Shown here piece by piece: positions 38,465 through 47,784 of a DNA stretch of 64,000 nt (position 1 is its first letter; every line of letters starts with the position of its first letter). The stretch is taken from assembly GCA_041690595.1 (NCBI GenBank), contig JAWLHB010000030.1, forward strand, positions 1-64,000. The letters are read 5' to 3'. Source of the stretch: Lentisphaeria bacterium. Lineage in GTDB: Bacteria; Verrucomicrobiota; Lentisphaeria; JABSQK01; JAWLHB01. A program made the translations under genes and the position numbers. The notes below the pieces were generated by a model. The model was not told where the DNA came from. It saw nothing but the letters and a program-made list of their open reading frames with translations, and did not search any database.

Positions 38465-39154
38465 TCAGTCGCGCATGCGGCGAATCGCTTCCGTGACCCC
38501 TTCTTCGGCGCGGAAGATGCTCGTTCCGGCCACCAGCATGGTCGCGCCGGCGCCGACGCATACCGCGGCGGTCTCCGCGGTGACGCCGCCATCTACCTCC
38601 AGATGCACGGGACGCGACTGGGCATCGAGCCTGGCGCGCAGCTCGCGCACCTTGGGCATCATGTCGGCCATGAAACTCTGCCCACCGAATCCCGGCTCCA
38701 CGGTCATCACCAGGATCAGGTCGATCTTGTCAAGATACGGAAAGAGCGCGGATGCGGGGGTTTTGGGTCGGAGCGAGAGACCGGCTGAACAGCCCAGCGA
38801 GTGAATGAGCGCCAGCGTCTCCTCGACATCGTCGTCGGCTTCGACGTGGAAGGTGATATGATCCGCTCCGGCATCGATGAAGGCTTTCACGTAGCGGGCC
38901 GGTTGCGAAAGCATCAGGTGTACATCGAAGGGCAAGTCGCTGTGGGGCCGAAGGGACTTGACGATGCCTGGGCCCATCGACAGATTGGGAACGAAATGAC
39001 CATCCATGATGTCGACGTGCAGGAGGTCGGCTCCTGCCTGGGTGATGCGCTCGATCTCCGCGCCAAGCTGATGGAAATCGGCGGCAAGGAGAGAGGGTGC
39101 AATAAGGCGTCGGTCAGCGGCGAGAGTGGTAAGGGGGCGTCGTTTGGCAGGCAT
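38465..39154 (-). CDS. rpe: Ribulose-phosphate 3-epimerase
   Basis: IAPSLLAADF, HVDIMDGHFVPN, DVHLM, MTVEPGFGGQSF, EVDGG. Confidence 0.97.
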   Translation of the reverse strand: MPAKRRPLTTLAADRRLIAPSLLAADFHQLGAEIERITQAGADLLHVDIMDGHFVPNLSMGPGIVKSLRPHSDLPFDVHLMLSQPARYVKAFIDAGADHITFHVEADDDVEETLALIHSLGCSAGLSLRPKTPASALFPYLDKIDLILVMTVEPGFGGQSFMADMMPKVRELRARLDAQSRPVHLEVDGGVTAETAAVCVGAGATMLVAGTSIFRAEEGVTEAIRRMRD

Positions 39155-39168
39155 GACAGCGATCGGCT

Positions 39169-39735
39169 CTAGTCCCAGGAGTTGAGGTTATCGGCGTTGG
39201 ATTCATGAGCGGTAGCGCTGTCATCCAGCATATCCGGTCCGCGTGACCAGATGGCGATGCCCTTGTTGAGCACACTGTCGGTGCCATAGACAACGGCAGC
39301 CTCGAGGTCATCGTCGTACTCGGTATCGACAGCGACGCGATAGCTGTTTCCCCATGGATCTTCATCGGCTACACCACCTTCGAGAAACGCAATACGCCGC
39401 GGATTCCAGGAGGCATGTTCGCTTTGCAGCGTGGTGAGAAGATCACCGAAGACCGGGCCGTTAACTATCCACGGCGCATCCGCGAAGAGATAGTCACTGG
39501 GGTTGTTGATGTCTGTGTTGATGGTAGCGTGAAAGGGGTAGAGACCGGCATAGGTCGTGCGATAGGAGCTGATGGCCGTCTCCATCAGCCGAAAATCGGC
39601 TTCCACCTGTACCGAACGCGCTTTGGCGCGTGCACGACTGACACCGACCAGCAACATGCCGGCAAGCACCAGAACAATCGACATTACCACCAGTACCTCG
39701 ATCAGCGTGAATCGACGCTTGTGTTCCATCTTCAT
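39169..39735 (-). CDS. Prepilin-type N-terminal cleavage protein, GspG-like pseudopilin
   Basis: RRFTLIEVLVVMSIVLVLAGML; C-terminal DPWGNSYR and IWSRGPD..D..NADNLNSW. Confidence 0.8.
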   Translation of the reverse strand: MKMEHKRRFTLIEVLVVMSIVLVLAGMLLVGVSRARAKARSVQVEADFRLMETAISSYRTTYAGLYPFHATINTDINNPSDYLFADAPWIVNGPVFGDLLTTLQSEHASWNPRRIAFLEGGVADEDPWGNSYRVAVDTEYDDDLEAAVVYGTDSVLNKGIAIWSRGPDMLDDSATAHESNADNLNSWD

Positions 39736-39818
39736 CCCTCCACACGGGTTAACGACAGTCCTTACCTCGCTCAAGTATAGCCGCCACACCCGAGCATTGC
39801 AAGCAACCATCGCGAGCA

Positions 39819-40550
39819 TCAAGCTGGCGAGGCAAGCGTGAGCAACACGGGCCGATGGTCGGAAGCGACACTTTCGGGGATCACGGCATAGCTGGTGGAG
39901 GCAAACTCGTCAAGTCCGCACCAGGCGATGTGATCGATCTCGCAGGTCGGCTGGTCGGCGGGATACGTGGACGAAGGCGGAGATTTCGGTGGCAGGTGAA
40001 AGTGGCCGCGGAGGAGCTGGATAGCCGGCGACTCCAACACGCCGTTGAAATCACCGCCGATCATGGCGGGTCCGGGAGTCTGGGCCAGGTAATCGAGCAG
40101 GGTCTGAACCTGAGCTTTCCGCACATCATCTTCACCCGGCTCGAAGGAGAGATGAACGCAAACGCACTGCATCGGGAGTGAAAGGAAAGGGAGCTGGAGT
40201 TGCACGGCCAGCGCGGTGCGAGGCTCGATCGAGCCGGGCGGCAACGAGATCGATTGATGACGAAGAATGGGATACTTGCTCACAAGGGCGAGGCCGTATT
40301 CCCCTCCCTGAAACTCCATGAATCGGGCGAAACGCCCCTCCATGCCGAGCATTCTGGAGAAGATTTCGAGCTGGTCCTCGCCGTGGGTTCGCTCCGCTCC
40401 GCGATCGATCTCCTGCAGGAAGAGGATATCCGGCTGCAGCCGCGCCAGCACGTCAGCCTGGCGAGTCACGTCCACCACATCATCCATTCCCCAGCCGTGC
40501 CGGACATTGTATGAGACCGCATGCACCTGTCTGCCAACGTTCATCCGCAT
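39819..40550 (-). CDS. Endonuclease/exonuclease/phosphatase family protein
   Basis: SYNVRHG, LQEID, CVHL, GGDFN, IDHI, ASDHRPV. Confidence 0.92.
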   Translation of the reverse strand: MRMNVGRQVHAVSYNVRHGWGMDDVVDVTRQADVLARLQPDILFLQEIDRGAERTHGEDQLEIFSRMLGMEGRFARFMEFQGGEYGLALVSKYPILRHQSISLPPGSIEPRTALAVQLQLPFLSLPMQCVCVHLSFEPGEDDVRKAQVQTLLDYLAQTPGPAMIGGDFNGVLESPAIQLLRGHFHLPPKSPPSSTYPADQPTCEIDHIAWCGLDEFASTSYAVIPESVASDHRPVLLTLASPA

Positions 40551-40775
40551 TCTCCTTCAGTTGGGATCTTCGACGTATGGATAGCTGCCGATCCGATCAC
40601 TTTCAAGTTGTCCTGCCAAGCGTTGCCCGGTTCGGCTTTCGGGGCAACACGCACGTGTGCGTTGACTGTTCCACGGATGCGATCTATCTTAGCCCTTTGG
40701 GAGGCTGACAGGCTGATACTTTTACGAGGCATGTCTGTTTCGAGAATCGACACATCTATCAGAGGAGAGAATGAA

Positions 40776-41093
40776 ATGGCTGTTGAGCATTTGACTGAAG
40801 CTAATTTTGCGGAAAAGACTGGAAATGGCGTGGCGCTGGTGGACTTCTGGGCGCCGTGGTGCGGCCCGTGCCGGGCGCTGACTCCCGTACTGGAGCAACT
40901 GGCAGGCGAAGTCGCAGATGACGTGGTCATCGGCAAGGTCAACTGCGATGAAGAAGCGGGGCTGGCGCAGAAGTTCGGCATCCGTAGCATTCCGGCAATT
41001 TTCATCCTGAAGGATGGGGAAGTCGCGGAGCAATTTGTCGGCGTCCAGGCCAAGGACAAGCTGAAGAGCGCGCTGGAGAAGGCGAAGGCCTGA
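40776..41093 (+). CDS. trxA: Thioredoxin
   Basis: LVDFWAPWCGPCR, IRSIP. AGGAG RBS. Confidence 0.96.
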   Translation: MAVEHLTEANFAEKTGNGVALVDFWAPWCGPCRALTPVLEQLAGEVADDVVIGKVNCDEEAGLAQKFGIRSIPAIFILKDGEVAEQFVGVQAKDKLKSALEKAKA

Positions 41094-41115
41094 AGCAGAT
41101 AGTCGCGGAGGGGCA

Positions 41116-41156
41116 TGAAAAAGCCGCCAGGCGAGAAATCGCCGGCGGCTTTTTCA
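41116..41156. terminator. Bidirectional intrinsic terminator between convergent trxA and rpmA
   Basis: tgaaaaagccgcc-N15-ggcggctttttca hairpin with A and T tracts on both sides. Confidence 0.85.
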
Positions 41157-41179
41157 GGAAACGATCATGAAGCGCGGTG

Positions 41180-41431
41180 TCAGGCTTCTGTCGGGACGAT
41201 ATGAACCTTGCGCTGCTCCTTTGCGAACTTCACGGTCCCATCCTTGAGAGCAAAGAGGGTAAAGTCGCGCCCCATGCCGACATTGATGCCGGGATGGAAC
41301 TTGGTGCCGCACTGGCGAATGATGATGCTGCCGGCGGTGACGAGCTCGCCACCATAGGCTTTGACACCACGCATCTTGGGATTGCTGTCGCGGCCGTTAC
41401 GGCTGCTGGACTGACCTTTCTTATGTGCCAT
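41180..41431 (-). CDS. rpmA: 50S ribosomal protein L27
   Basis: [47 protein letters not shown]. Confidence 0.98.
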   Translation of the reverse strand: MAHKKGQSSSRNGRDSNPKMRGVKAYGGELVTAGSIIIRQCGTKFHPGINVGMGRDFTLFALKDGTVKFAKEQRKVHIVPTEA

Positions 41432-41680
41432 GCTGAATCTCCTCCATCGGAACGAGTGGGTCATGACGCGAGCGGCGGAAAACCGGCTGACTTGAAGAGT
41501 ACCGCCGCGCCGCGCATCGGGTAGAGAAATCTGATGTGAACGGGAAAAGAGGTTACATATACGCCGGGAACGGGAATATTCAAGCGTACTCGCGGGTCAA
41601 TTTTGTTGCTTTTCTCTCTGGCGGGTGGATACTAAGAGGCGAGCGAACGAAGAGACGGCAGCGTAGAGAGCACGAGGACC

Positions 41681-43183
41681 ATGAGTAAAGGGCAGAAATC
41701 AGGAGAGTATTCGTGGCTGGAAAGCGAGTTTGGCCTGACGCTCTCGGTTCCGGAGATCGGACAGCGTTATCAGATCTACGATGAGTTGGGGGCGGGTGGA
41801 GCGGCCCAGGTTTATCTCGGCTACGATACGGATCTGGCGCGGCAGGTCGCCATCAAGATCCTCCGTCGCCACCGTCGCGCGTCGCGCGATTCTGTTGTCC
41901 GTTTCCTCAACGAAGCCAAGATTACGGCGCGCCTGCAGCATCCCGGCATCGTTCCGATCCATGATATCGGCATCATCCAGGGCGAACTTTTCATCGCGAT
42001 GGAGAAGGTGGAAGGACGGACGTTGCGGGAGATTCTGGATGAGCGCCAGCCGAAATCCCATCAGGGCCGGTCGCTCGACGAGTTGATCCGCCTCTTCGAA
42101 CACATCTGCCAGATCGTGGGGTATGCCCACAGCATCGGCGTGGTGCACCGGGATCTGAAGCCCGCGAACCTGATGAGCGGCGAGTTCAACAAGGTCTACG
42201 TGATGGACTGGGGGCTGGCGATGGACAGCCGTCGCGACAGTCGCCTGTCAGATGCCCTGGATCGTTACCTGGCGAAGGGAACCGCGGAGACAGCGGCGGG
42301 CGGCGACGCCAATCGCTTTGCGGGCACGCCCGCCTACATGGCTCCGGAACAGATCGTGGGAATGCAGGGCCAGGTCGATCCGCGAAGCGATGTCTTTGCC
42401 CTGGGGGTGATCCTCTATGAAATGCTGGCGGGAAAGCATCCTTTCGAGCGTGCGACCATGCGCGAGACGATGCATGCGATTAAGAACGATCCACCGCCCC
42501 CAATCAAAGCGTCGGTCAATCGCGATCTGAAGCTGGTGTGCGCCAAGGCGCTCGCCAAGTTGCCCGAGAAACGGTACGCGACCGCGGGTGAGCTGGCCGA
42601 AGACATTCACCGCGCGCTGAATCAATATCCCGTGGCCGCTCGGCGCAACAAGGTGAGCGCGCATGTACTCAAGTACGGGCGCCGCAACTGGATCCTGGCC
42701 TGCATCGTGGCGGCGGTGACCCTTGCCGCCGTCTACTTCGTGACGACCCGGCAGCGTCAGGAAGAGGAGGTGACGCGGTGGCTCTCCCTCGCGGCGGAGC
42801 GACTGCGCAGCGCACGCGAGCATGATGAGGTGGCCGACGATCTGGAGCTGCGACTGCACGCCGCGCAGGCAAGCTTTCGCGAGTCGCTGCGCCGCAACCT
42901 GAGCATCGTCCGGTCGCGCGAGCAGGCAGACAACATACATGCGCGCATCTATCTGTCGCTTGCGGCGCGCCGGCGGGGAGGAGAGCTGCCCGGCTGGGCG
43001 ACAACGTGGCTGCAGCGACTCTGGTTCAGCGACATGGAGCGGGAGCTGGAGTTGGGGGACATTGAAGCGGCAACGAGGCTGTACCATGAGTTGGCGGACG
43101 CCGTGGACGTCGACAAGCTTTTCGCGGGTAACCCGGGGGAGCTGGAGCAGCTGCGGAGCATACGCCGGCGACTGAAGCAATGA
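41681..43183 (+). CDS. Hanks-type Ser/Thr protein kinase with a TM helix and helical C-terminal region
   Basis: LGAGGAAQV, VAIK, HRDLKPAN, DWG, GTPAYMAPE, DVFALG; TM WILACIVAAVTLAAVYFV. Confidence 0.93.
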   Translation: MSKGQKSGEYSWLESEFGLTLSVPEIGQRYQIYDELGAGGAAQVYLGYDTDLARQVAIKILRRHRRASRDSVVRFLNEAKITARLQHPGIVPIHDIGIIQGELFIAMEKVEGRTLREILDERQPKSHQGRSLDELIRLFEHICQIVGYAHSIGVVHRDLKPANLMSGEFNKVYVMDWGLAMDSRRDSRLSDALDRYLAKGTAETAAGGDANRFAGTPAYMAPEQIVGMQGQVDPRSDVFALGVILYEMLAGKHPFERATMRETMHAIKNDPPPPIKASVNRDLKLVCAKALAKLPEKRYATAGELAEDIHRALNQYPVAARRNKVSAHVLKYGRRNWILACIVAAVTLAAVYFVTTRQRQEEEVTRWLSLAAERLRSAREHDEVADDLELRLHAAQASFRESLRRNLSIVRSREQADNIHARIYLSLAARRRGGELPGWATTWLQRLWFSDMERELELGDIEAATRLYHELADAVDVDKLFAGNPGELEQLRSIRRRLKQ

Positions 43184-44676
43184 GAGGCCGCCAGGGGCAA
43201 CCCCAGGGTAATGGCCGCCGCGCTGAGGGGCACGCTTCGCGGCTTCTTCATGCCATGCCGGCTGCCGCGATTGTGCTGCTCTTCCTGGCGCTCAAGGTGC
43301 CGGCCCTGCACCTGTTGCCGGGCGATGAAGGGATCTATTTCTATATGGCTTCGCGCGTGTCGGAGGGGGCACTGCCGTACCGCGACTTCTTCTTCTCCCA
43401 TCCGCCGCTGCATCTGGCGCCGGCGGTGCTGCTCTTCCACATTGCGGGCTTCTCGATGTGGACGGCGCGGCTGCTGCCGATCGGCTTTGCGGTGCTGACC
43501 CTGGTGTGCCTTGGTTGGACGGCCAGGCGCTTTGGAACCTGGGCGCCGCTGGGAGCGATGATCGCCTTTGCCTTCTCCCATGACGTGCTGCGTGCCTCGA
43601 GCCATTTCACCGGGGCAAACCTGGCTGCCCTGCTGACTGCCGTGGGACTTGCCTGCCTGGGGGGTCGGCGGGAACGGTGGGCCGGCGTGGCCTTTGCCGC
43701 GGCCGGAGCGACCGCTGTCTATGCGCTTCCGACCGGCCTGGCGGCCGTGCTGGGACTCCTGCTGTATGACCGGCGGCGGGGGATGCGCCTCGGCCTGGCG
43801 CTGGTCGTGGGACTGGTGCTCTTCAATCTGGTCGGCGTGCTGGCCGGCGGCAGCGACTATCTCTCCCAGGTCTATCTGTATCACCTGCACAAGCCGCCGC
43901 GGACGGGCAGTTCCGGCCCGCGGGTCCTGCTGGGCATGCTGGCGGCTCAGCCGGTACTGGTGCTCGGCGGGCTGGTAGGCGGATGGCTTGCGCTTCGCCA
44001 TCTGCCGGGTCTCCTTCGCCGCCGGGCCGCCGACGGAAAAGGGAGTGTGCCGGCAACCTGTGCGGCACTGGCAGTGCCGGCGCAGGTCGCGATGCTGTTG
44101 CTCCAGGCGCGGATATATCCATACTACCTGCTCGTGCCTTATGTCTCGCTGGCTCTCCTCGCAGGTCTGGCGACTTCGACGGCCATCAGACGCCTGCTGA
44201 GCTGCCAAGGCAGGAAACGACTTGCGATTGGCGCTTTCGGCGTACTGGCAATCGCGGCGGGGCTGGCGCCAGGAATCTCAGCCTATCCGCGGCACGAGGG
44301 GCACCGGTGGGAGTCGGAGGCGACGATCAACCTGATCTCGGAGCTTGCTGGAGCGGACGAAACCCTCTTCGGCAGTTCAGCCATCGCGCCGCTATGCGCT
44401 CTGCTCTCCGACCGCCGACTGGCGCTGGACGAAGCGGATACCAATGCACTGCGTTTCGCATCCGGAACGACGGCGATGGCCTCGCTGCTCGCGCGCCTCG
44501 ACCAAGCGCCTCCCGAGGTGCTGGTGCTTTACATCCAGACAGGTATCATGACGCACGAGGCATTTGCCGGATGGGCCAAGCGCCATTACCTCCCGGCCGC
44601 CACCTTTGTCGATCATCGACAACAACGGTACCTCGTGTGGCGACGGCTGCACCAGAGCCAGGATGCCGCCCCGTAG
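43180..44676 (+). CDS. Polytopic membrane protein, probable GT-C (ArnT/PMT-like) glycosyltransferase
   Basis: DEGIYFY..G.LPYRDFFFSHPPL first-loop motif and many TM helices. Confidence 0.7.
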   Translation: MRGRQGQPQGNGRRAEGHASRLLHAMPAAAIVLLFLALKVPALHLLPGDEGIYFYMASRVSEGALPYRDFFFSHPPLHLAPAVLLFHIAGFSMWTARLLPIGFAVLTLVCLGWTARRFGTWAPLGAMIAFAFSHDVLRASSHFTGANLAALLTAVGLACLGGRRERWAGVAFAAAGATAVYALPTGLAAVLGLLLYDRRRGMRLGLALVVGLVLFNLVGVLAGGSDYLSQVYLYHLHKPPRTGSSGPRVLLGMLAAQPVLVLGGLVGGWLALRHLPGLLRRRAADGKGSVPATCAALAVPAQVAMLLLQARIYPYYLLVPYVSLALLAGLATSTAIRRLLSCQGRKRLAIGAFGVLAIAAGLAPGISAYPRHEGHRWESEATINLISELAGADETLFGSSAIAPLCALLSDRRLALDEADTNALRFASGTTAMASLLARLDQAPPEVLVLYIQTGIMTHEAFAGWAKRHYLPAATFVDHRQQRYLVWRRLHQSQDAAP

Positions 44677-44709
44677 AAGCGTGACAGCTGCAGATGAGCG
44701 ATTGCGCAA

Positions 44710-45780
44710 TCAGTTGCGTACGAAGTCGATCTCGTACTGAACACCTTTGCCGGTCAGGCGAAGGTTCGCGCCATCGCCGGGCTGGGGTGCCGTGGGGCTG
44801 ATGAGCTTGAAGTCGAGCGAGTCGAAGTGATCCACAAGCTCCTGCAGATCCTTGTCGGAGATCACCAACTGCAGAACATATTCATCCCGATCTTGATTGA
44901 TCAGGTCCTGAAAATCCTGCTTGTGTCGGGGGAGGAGTTGCTGGAGTTCCCGTAAGGGGGCAGCGGTCTCCGGGACCAGCCATACATGGCGGACGCGATC
45001 GCGTACCGTCTTCCGCGTGTTGACCAGGGAAATGCGTTCGGTATCCGCCTCCTGGAAGCTTGGCGGCGTACCATACCAGACCAGGTTGATGTCCGATGTG
45101 AAGTCCAGTTGGCTGCTGCTGCCGATGGGAGATTCCACCGGCCGCCGCGACGGACCGACGAGGCTGTCGACGGCGCTCCCAACTGTCGGCAACGACGCCA
45201 CTTCGTAAGGTTTCGCGGAGGCGCCGATGCTGACGGGCATGGACGCGGCGGGCGCCGGCCTGGGGGAGCTCGAGGCCATCATTGGGCCGAACTCGCGCAC
45301 AAGGTCGTCAATAAGCTTCTGATTGAGGGGCGAGAGGCGGTAGCTCGTCTCGTCAACCGGAATGTCCGTGACGAACTGTGCATCCACCTCGACAGGCGAT
45401 TCAGCGCGCTGCACGGGAGACTCCGCGGACGTCTGAAGCTGACGCTGGATGGCGACGACCACCAGAAGCGCGGCGACCGCGGCCGCAATCCGCAAGAGGT
45501 TGCGAAAGCTTAGGACGGGAATGGCCCGCGGCTGAATATGCTTGCGCGTGTTGAGGATCAGGTGTTCCATCGTCCTCGCATCGGGAAGTATCTCTTCCAG
45601 ATGCTGTTGTACCTGCATGTCGATTACCTCCATCTCGTGGAGGATATTCTGGCAGGCCTGGCAGGTCCTGACGTGTGTATCGATCTCCGTATCCGGGGCG
45701 GCGGAATCGTGCCACGCGCTCAAATCATCATAGCCCGGGCAGCCGGTCGGGTCGTGGCTGTCATGTGTCATCATCGTCAC
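44710..45780 (-). CDS. Putative zinc-binding anti-sigma factor with a TM helix
   Basis: C..LSAWHD..HVRTCQAC (H-x3-C-x2-C); TM RIAAAVAALLVVVAI. Directly downstream of the ECF sigma. Confidence 0.75.
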   Translation of the reverse strand: MTMMTHDSHDPTGCPGYDDLSAWHDSAAPDTEIDTHVRTCQACQNILHEMEVIDMQVQQHLEEILPDARTMEHLILNTRKHIQPRAIPVLSFRNLLRIAAAVAALLVVVAIQRQLQTSAESPVQRAESPVEVDAQFVTDIPVDETSYRLSPLNQKLIDDLVREFGPMMASSSPRPAPAASMPVSIGASAKPYEVASLPTVGSAVDSLVGPSRRPVESPIGSSSQLDFTSDINLVWYGTPPSFQEADTERISLVNTRKTVRDRVRHVWLVPETAAPLRELQQLLPRHKQDFQDLINQDRDEYVLQLVISDKDLQELVDHFDSLDFKLISPTAPQPGDGANLRLTGKGVQYEIDFVRN

Positions 45781-45783
45781 ACC

Positions 45784-46389
45784 TTACATATCCAGTCGTT
45801 TTCGCAGTTCTTCTCGGGCGCGGGCGATGCGGGATTTCACCGTCCCCACCTTGCAGTTGAGAGCTTGGGCAATTTGTTCATAAGACATATTCTTGACGTT
45901 TCGGAGGAAGAGCGCCTCGCGGTTCACCGGAGGAAGATTCTCCATTTCGCGTGCAATTTCGCCTTCCCATTCCTTGAAGAGGATCGTTTCGTCGGGCCTC
46001 TTCTGTTCGTCAGGCAGATCGATCGGGGTTCGCTCGCTGTCCGGATCCTGCGTGGCATCGATGCTGATGTTCTTCAGGCTGCCGCGCCGCTTGTTCCAGC
46101 GGTATTTGTTGCGAGCCTGATTCACAATAATTCGGTACATCCACGTCGAGAACTCGGCATCACCCCTGAAACGATCCAGAGCGCGATAGATTCTCACGAA
46201 GCCGTCTTGGGCTACTTCCTCTGCGTCCTCCTTGGAACCGAGTATGCCGTATGCGATCTGATATGCCTTTCCCACGTGACGCCTCATCAGCTGATTCCAG
46301 GCGTTCATGTTGTCCTGGTGTATCAAGTCGATCAGCTCACTGTCGGAAAGGTTCTCCAATGAGTTGTCCGAGTAGTTGGACATGGGCAA
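45784..46389 (-). CDS. ECF-family RNA polymerase sigma factor
   Basis: DAEEVAQDGF, FSTWMYRI..N, MSYEQIAQAL...GTVKSRIARAR. Confidence 0.95.
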   Translation of the reverse strand: MPMSNYSDNSLENLSDSELIDLIHQDNMNAWNQLMRRHVGKAYQIAYGILGSKEDAEEVAQDGFVRIYRALDRFRGDAEFSTWMYRIIVNQARNKYRWNKRRGSLKNISIDATQDPDSERTPIDLPDEQKRPDETILFKEWEGEIAREMENLPPVNREALFLRNVKNMSYEQIAQALNCKVGTVKSRIARAREELRKRLDM

Positions 46390-46564
46390 AAGGGCTTCGT
46401 TCCGTCACGTGAATGCTTTTTCTTACTGTACTGCAAGGGAGCGCCAAGGCTTGCATGCCGGTGCCTGGCAGCCTGAAAGGTTACAGTAGATCAGTCCTTG
46501 CACAACTCAACATTTTTCCCCGAATTAACTGCATCGCGATGGCGCGGATTTTGCCACGCAAGGC

Positions 46565-46593
46565 TTGACTAGGAGCCGGGCCGGTAGTAGCCT
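46565..46593 (+). promoter_or_regulatory. Putative sigma70 promoter of the ABC transporter operon
   Basis: TTGACT-17 bp-TAGCCT. Confidence 0.4.
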
Positions 46594-46644
46594 ATGCGGT
46601 CAGCCAGCAGCGAAGGATCCTCCCTACAACTTGAGGAATCAGCC

Positions 46645-47784
46645 ATGTCCGACCGACAGCCCCCTCCCCTCCTCATTGAAGGGCATAACCTCTCCAAGAT
46701 CTTCCGCGACTTCTGGCGACGTGACCGCGTCACCGCGGTGACGGGGGTGGATATCGAGGTGCCGCGGGGGTCGGTCTTCGGCCTGCTAGGGCCCAATGGG
46801 GCCGGAAAGTCGACCCTGATGAAGATGATTCTGGGCCATCTCTACCCCACGTCGGGCACGCTCCAGGTCTTTGGCAAACCGCCCACGAATGTGGAGATCA
46901 AGCAGCGCCTCGGCTATCTGCCCGAGCGAGCTTACCTCTACAAGACCCTCACCCCGGAAGAAGTCCTGCGTTTTTTTGGCCAGATACTGGAGCTGTCGGC
47001 GGGCGAGATTGCGACGCGCAGCGATCAACTCCTTTCCATGGTGGGCCTGGATCACGCCCGCAAGCGCCTCGTGGGAGAATTCTCTCACGGTATGATGCGG
47101 CGGATGGGGCTGGCGCAGGCCCTGCTCAACGACCCGGACCTCCTCCTCCTGGATGAACCCACCGCTGGCCTCGACCCCATCGGCTGCCGTGAAGTCAAGA
47201 ACCTGCTGCTCACCCTGGCACGCCGGGGCAAGACCATTCTGCTGACCAGCCATCTGCTGGCGGACGTGGAGGATGTGTGCAGCGAGATACTGATCATGTA
47301 CGGGGGGAGGGGCCTGGCCAATGGCCCGGTCGATGAGCTGCTCGCGCACAAGGATCAGCTTCAGGTGCGGATGCCGGCCCCGGACGCCCAGGGCCTGGAC
47401 GCCTTGCGGCGCGTCCTTGCGACGCACGCACCAGCCGAAGCCAACATCGAATTTTCGAACCCGACACGCTCTCTCGAGACCTACTTCCTCGATGTGATTC
47501 GACAGGCGAGCGAGCGTCATGAGACCCAGGGAGCCCACATCGGCAAGGGCGTGGCGTCCTATCTGCGCCAGGGCGTCGAGGTGCCGGAGGAGATGCTCGA
47601 AGCCTTGACCCACGCCAAGCGGCAGAGCGAAACGAGCGCTCCCCCATCGGAGCCGGAGCCGGCCGTGGATGAAGAAGCTCTGGAGGAGCTGCGGGGCGAG
47701 GATGCCCCTCCGCCACCGGAAACACCACAGGCTGACATCGATCAGCAGACCCTCGACGAACTCACCCGCAAAAAGAAGCCGTGA
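46645..47784 (+). CDS. ABC transporter ATP-binding protein with an acidic C-terminal extension
   Basis: GPNGAGKST, FSHGM (signature variant), LLLDEPTAGLD, TSH. Confidence 0.93.
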   Translation: MSDRQPPPLLIEGHNLSKIFRDFWRRDRVTAVTGVDIEVPRGSVFGLLGPNGAGKSTLMKMILGHLYPTSGTLQVFGKPPTNVEIKQRLGYLPERAYLYKTLTPEEVLRFFGQILELSAGEIATRSDQLLSMVGLDHARKRLVGEFSHGMMRRMGLAQALLNDPDLLLLDEPTAGLDPIGCREVKNLLLTLARRGKTILLTSHLLADVEDVCSEILIMYGGRGLANGPVDELLAHKDQLQVRMPAPDAQGLDALRRVLATHAPAEANIEFSNPTRSLETYFLDVIRQASERHETQGAHIGKGVASYLRQGVEVPEEMLEALTHAKRQSETSAPPSEPEPAVDEEALEELRGEDAPPPPETPQADIDQQTLDELTRKKKP

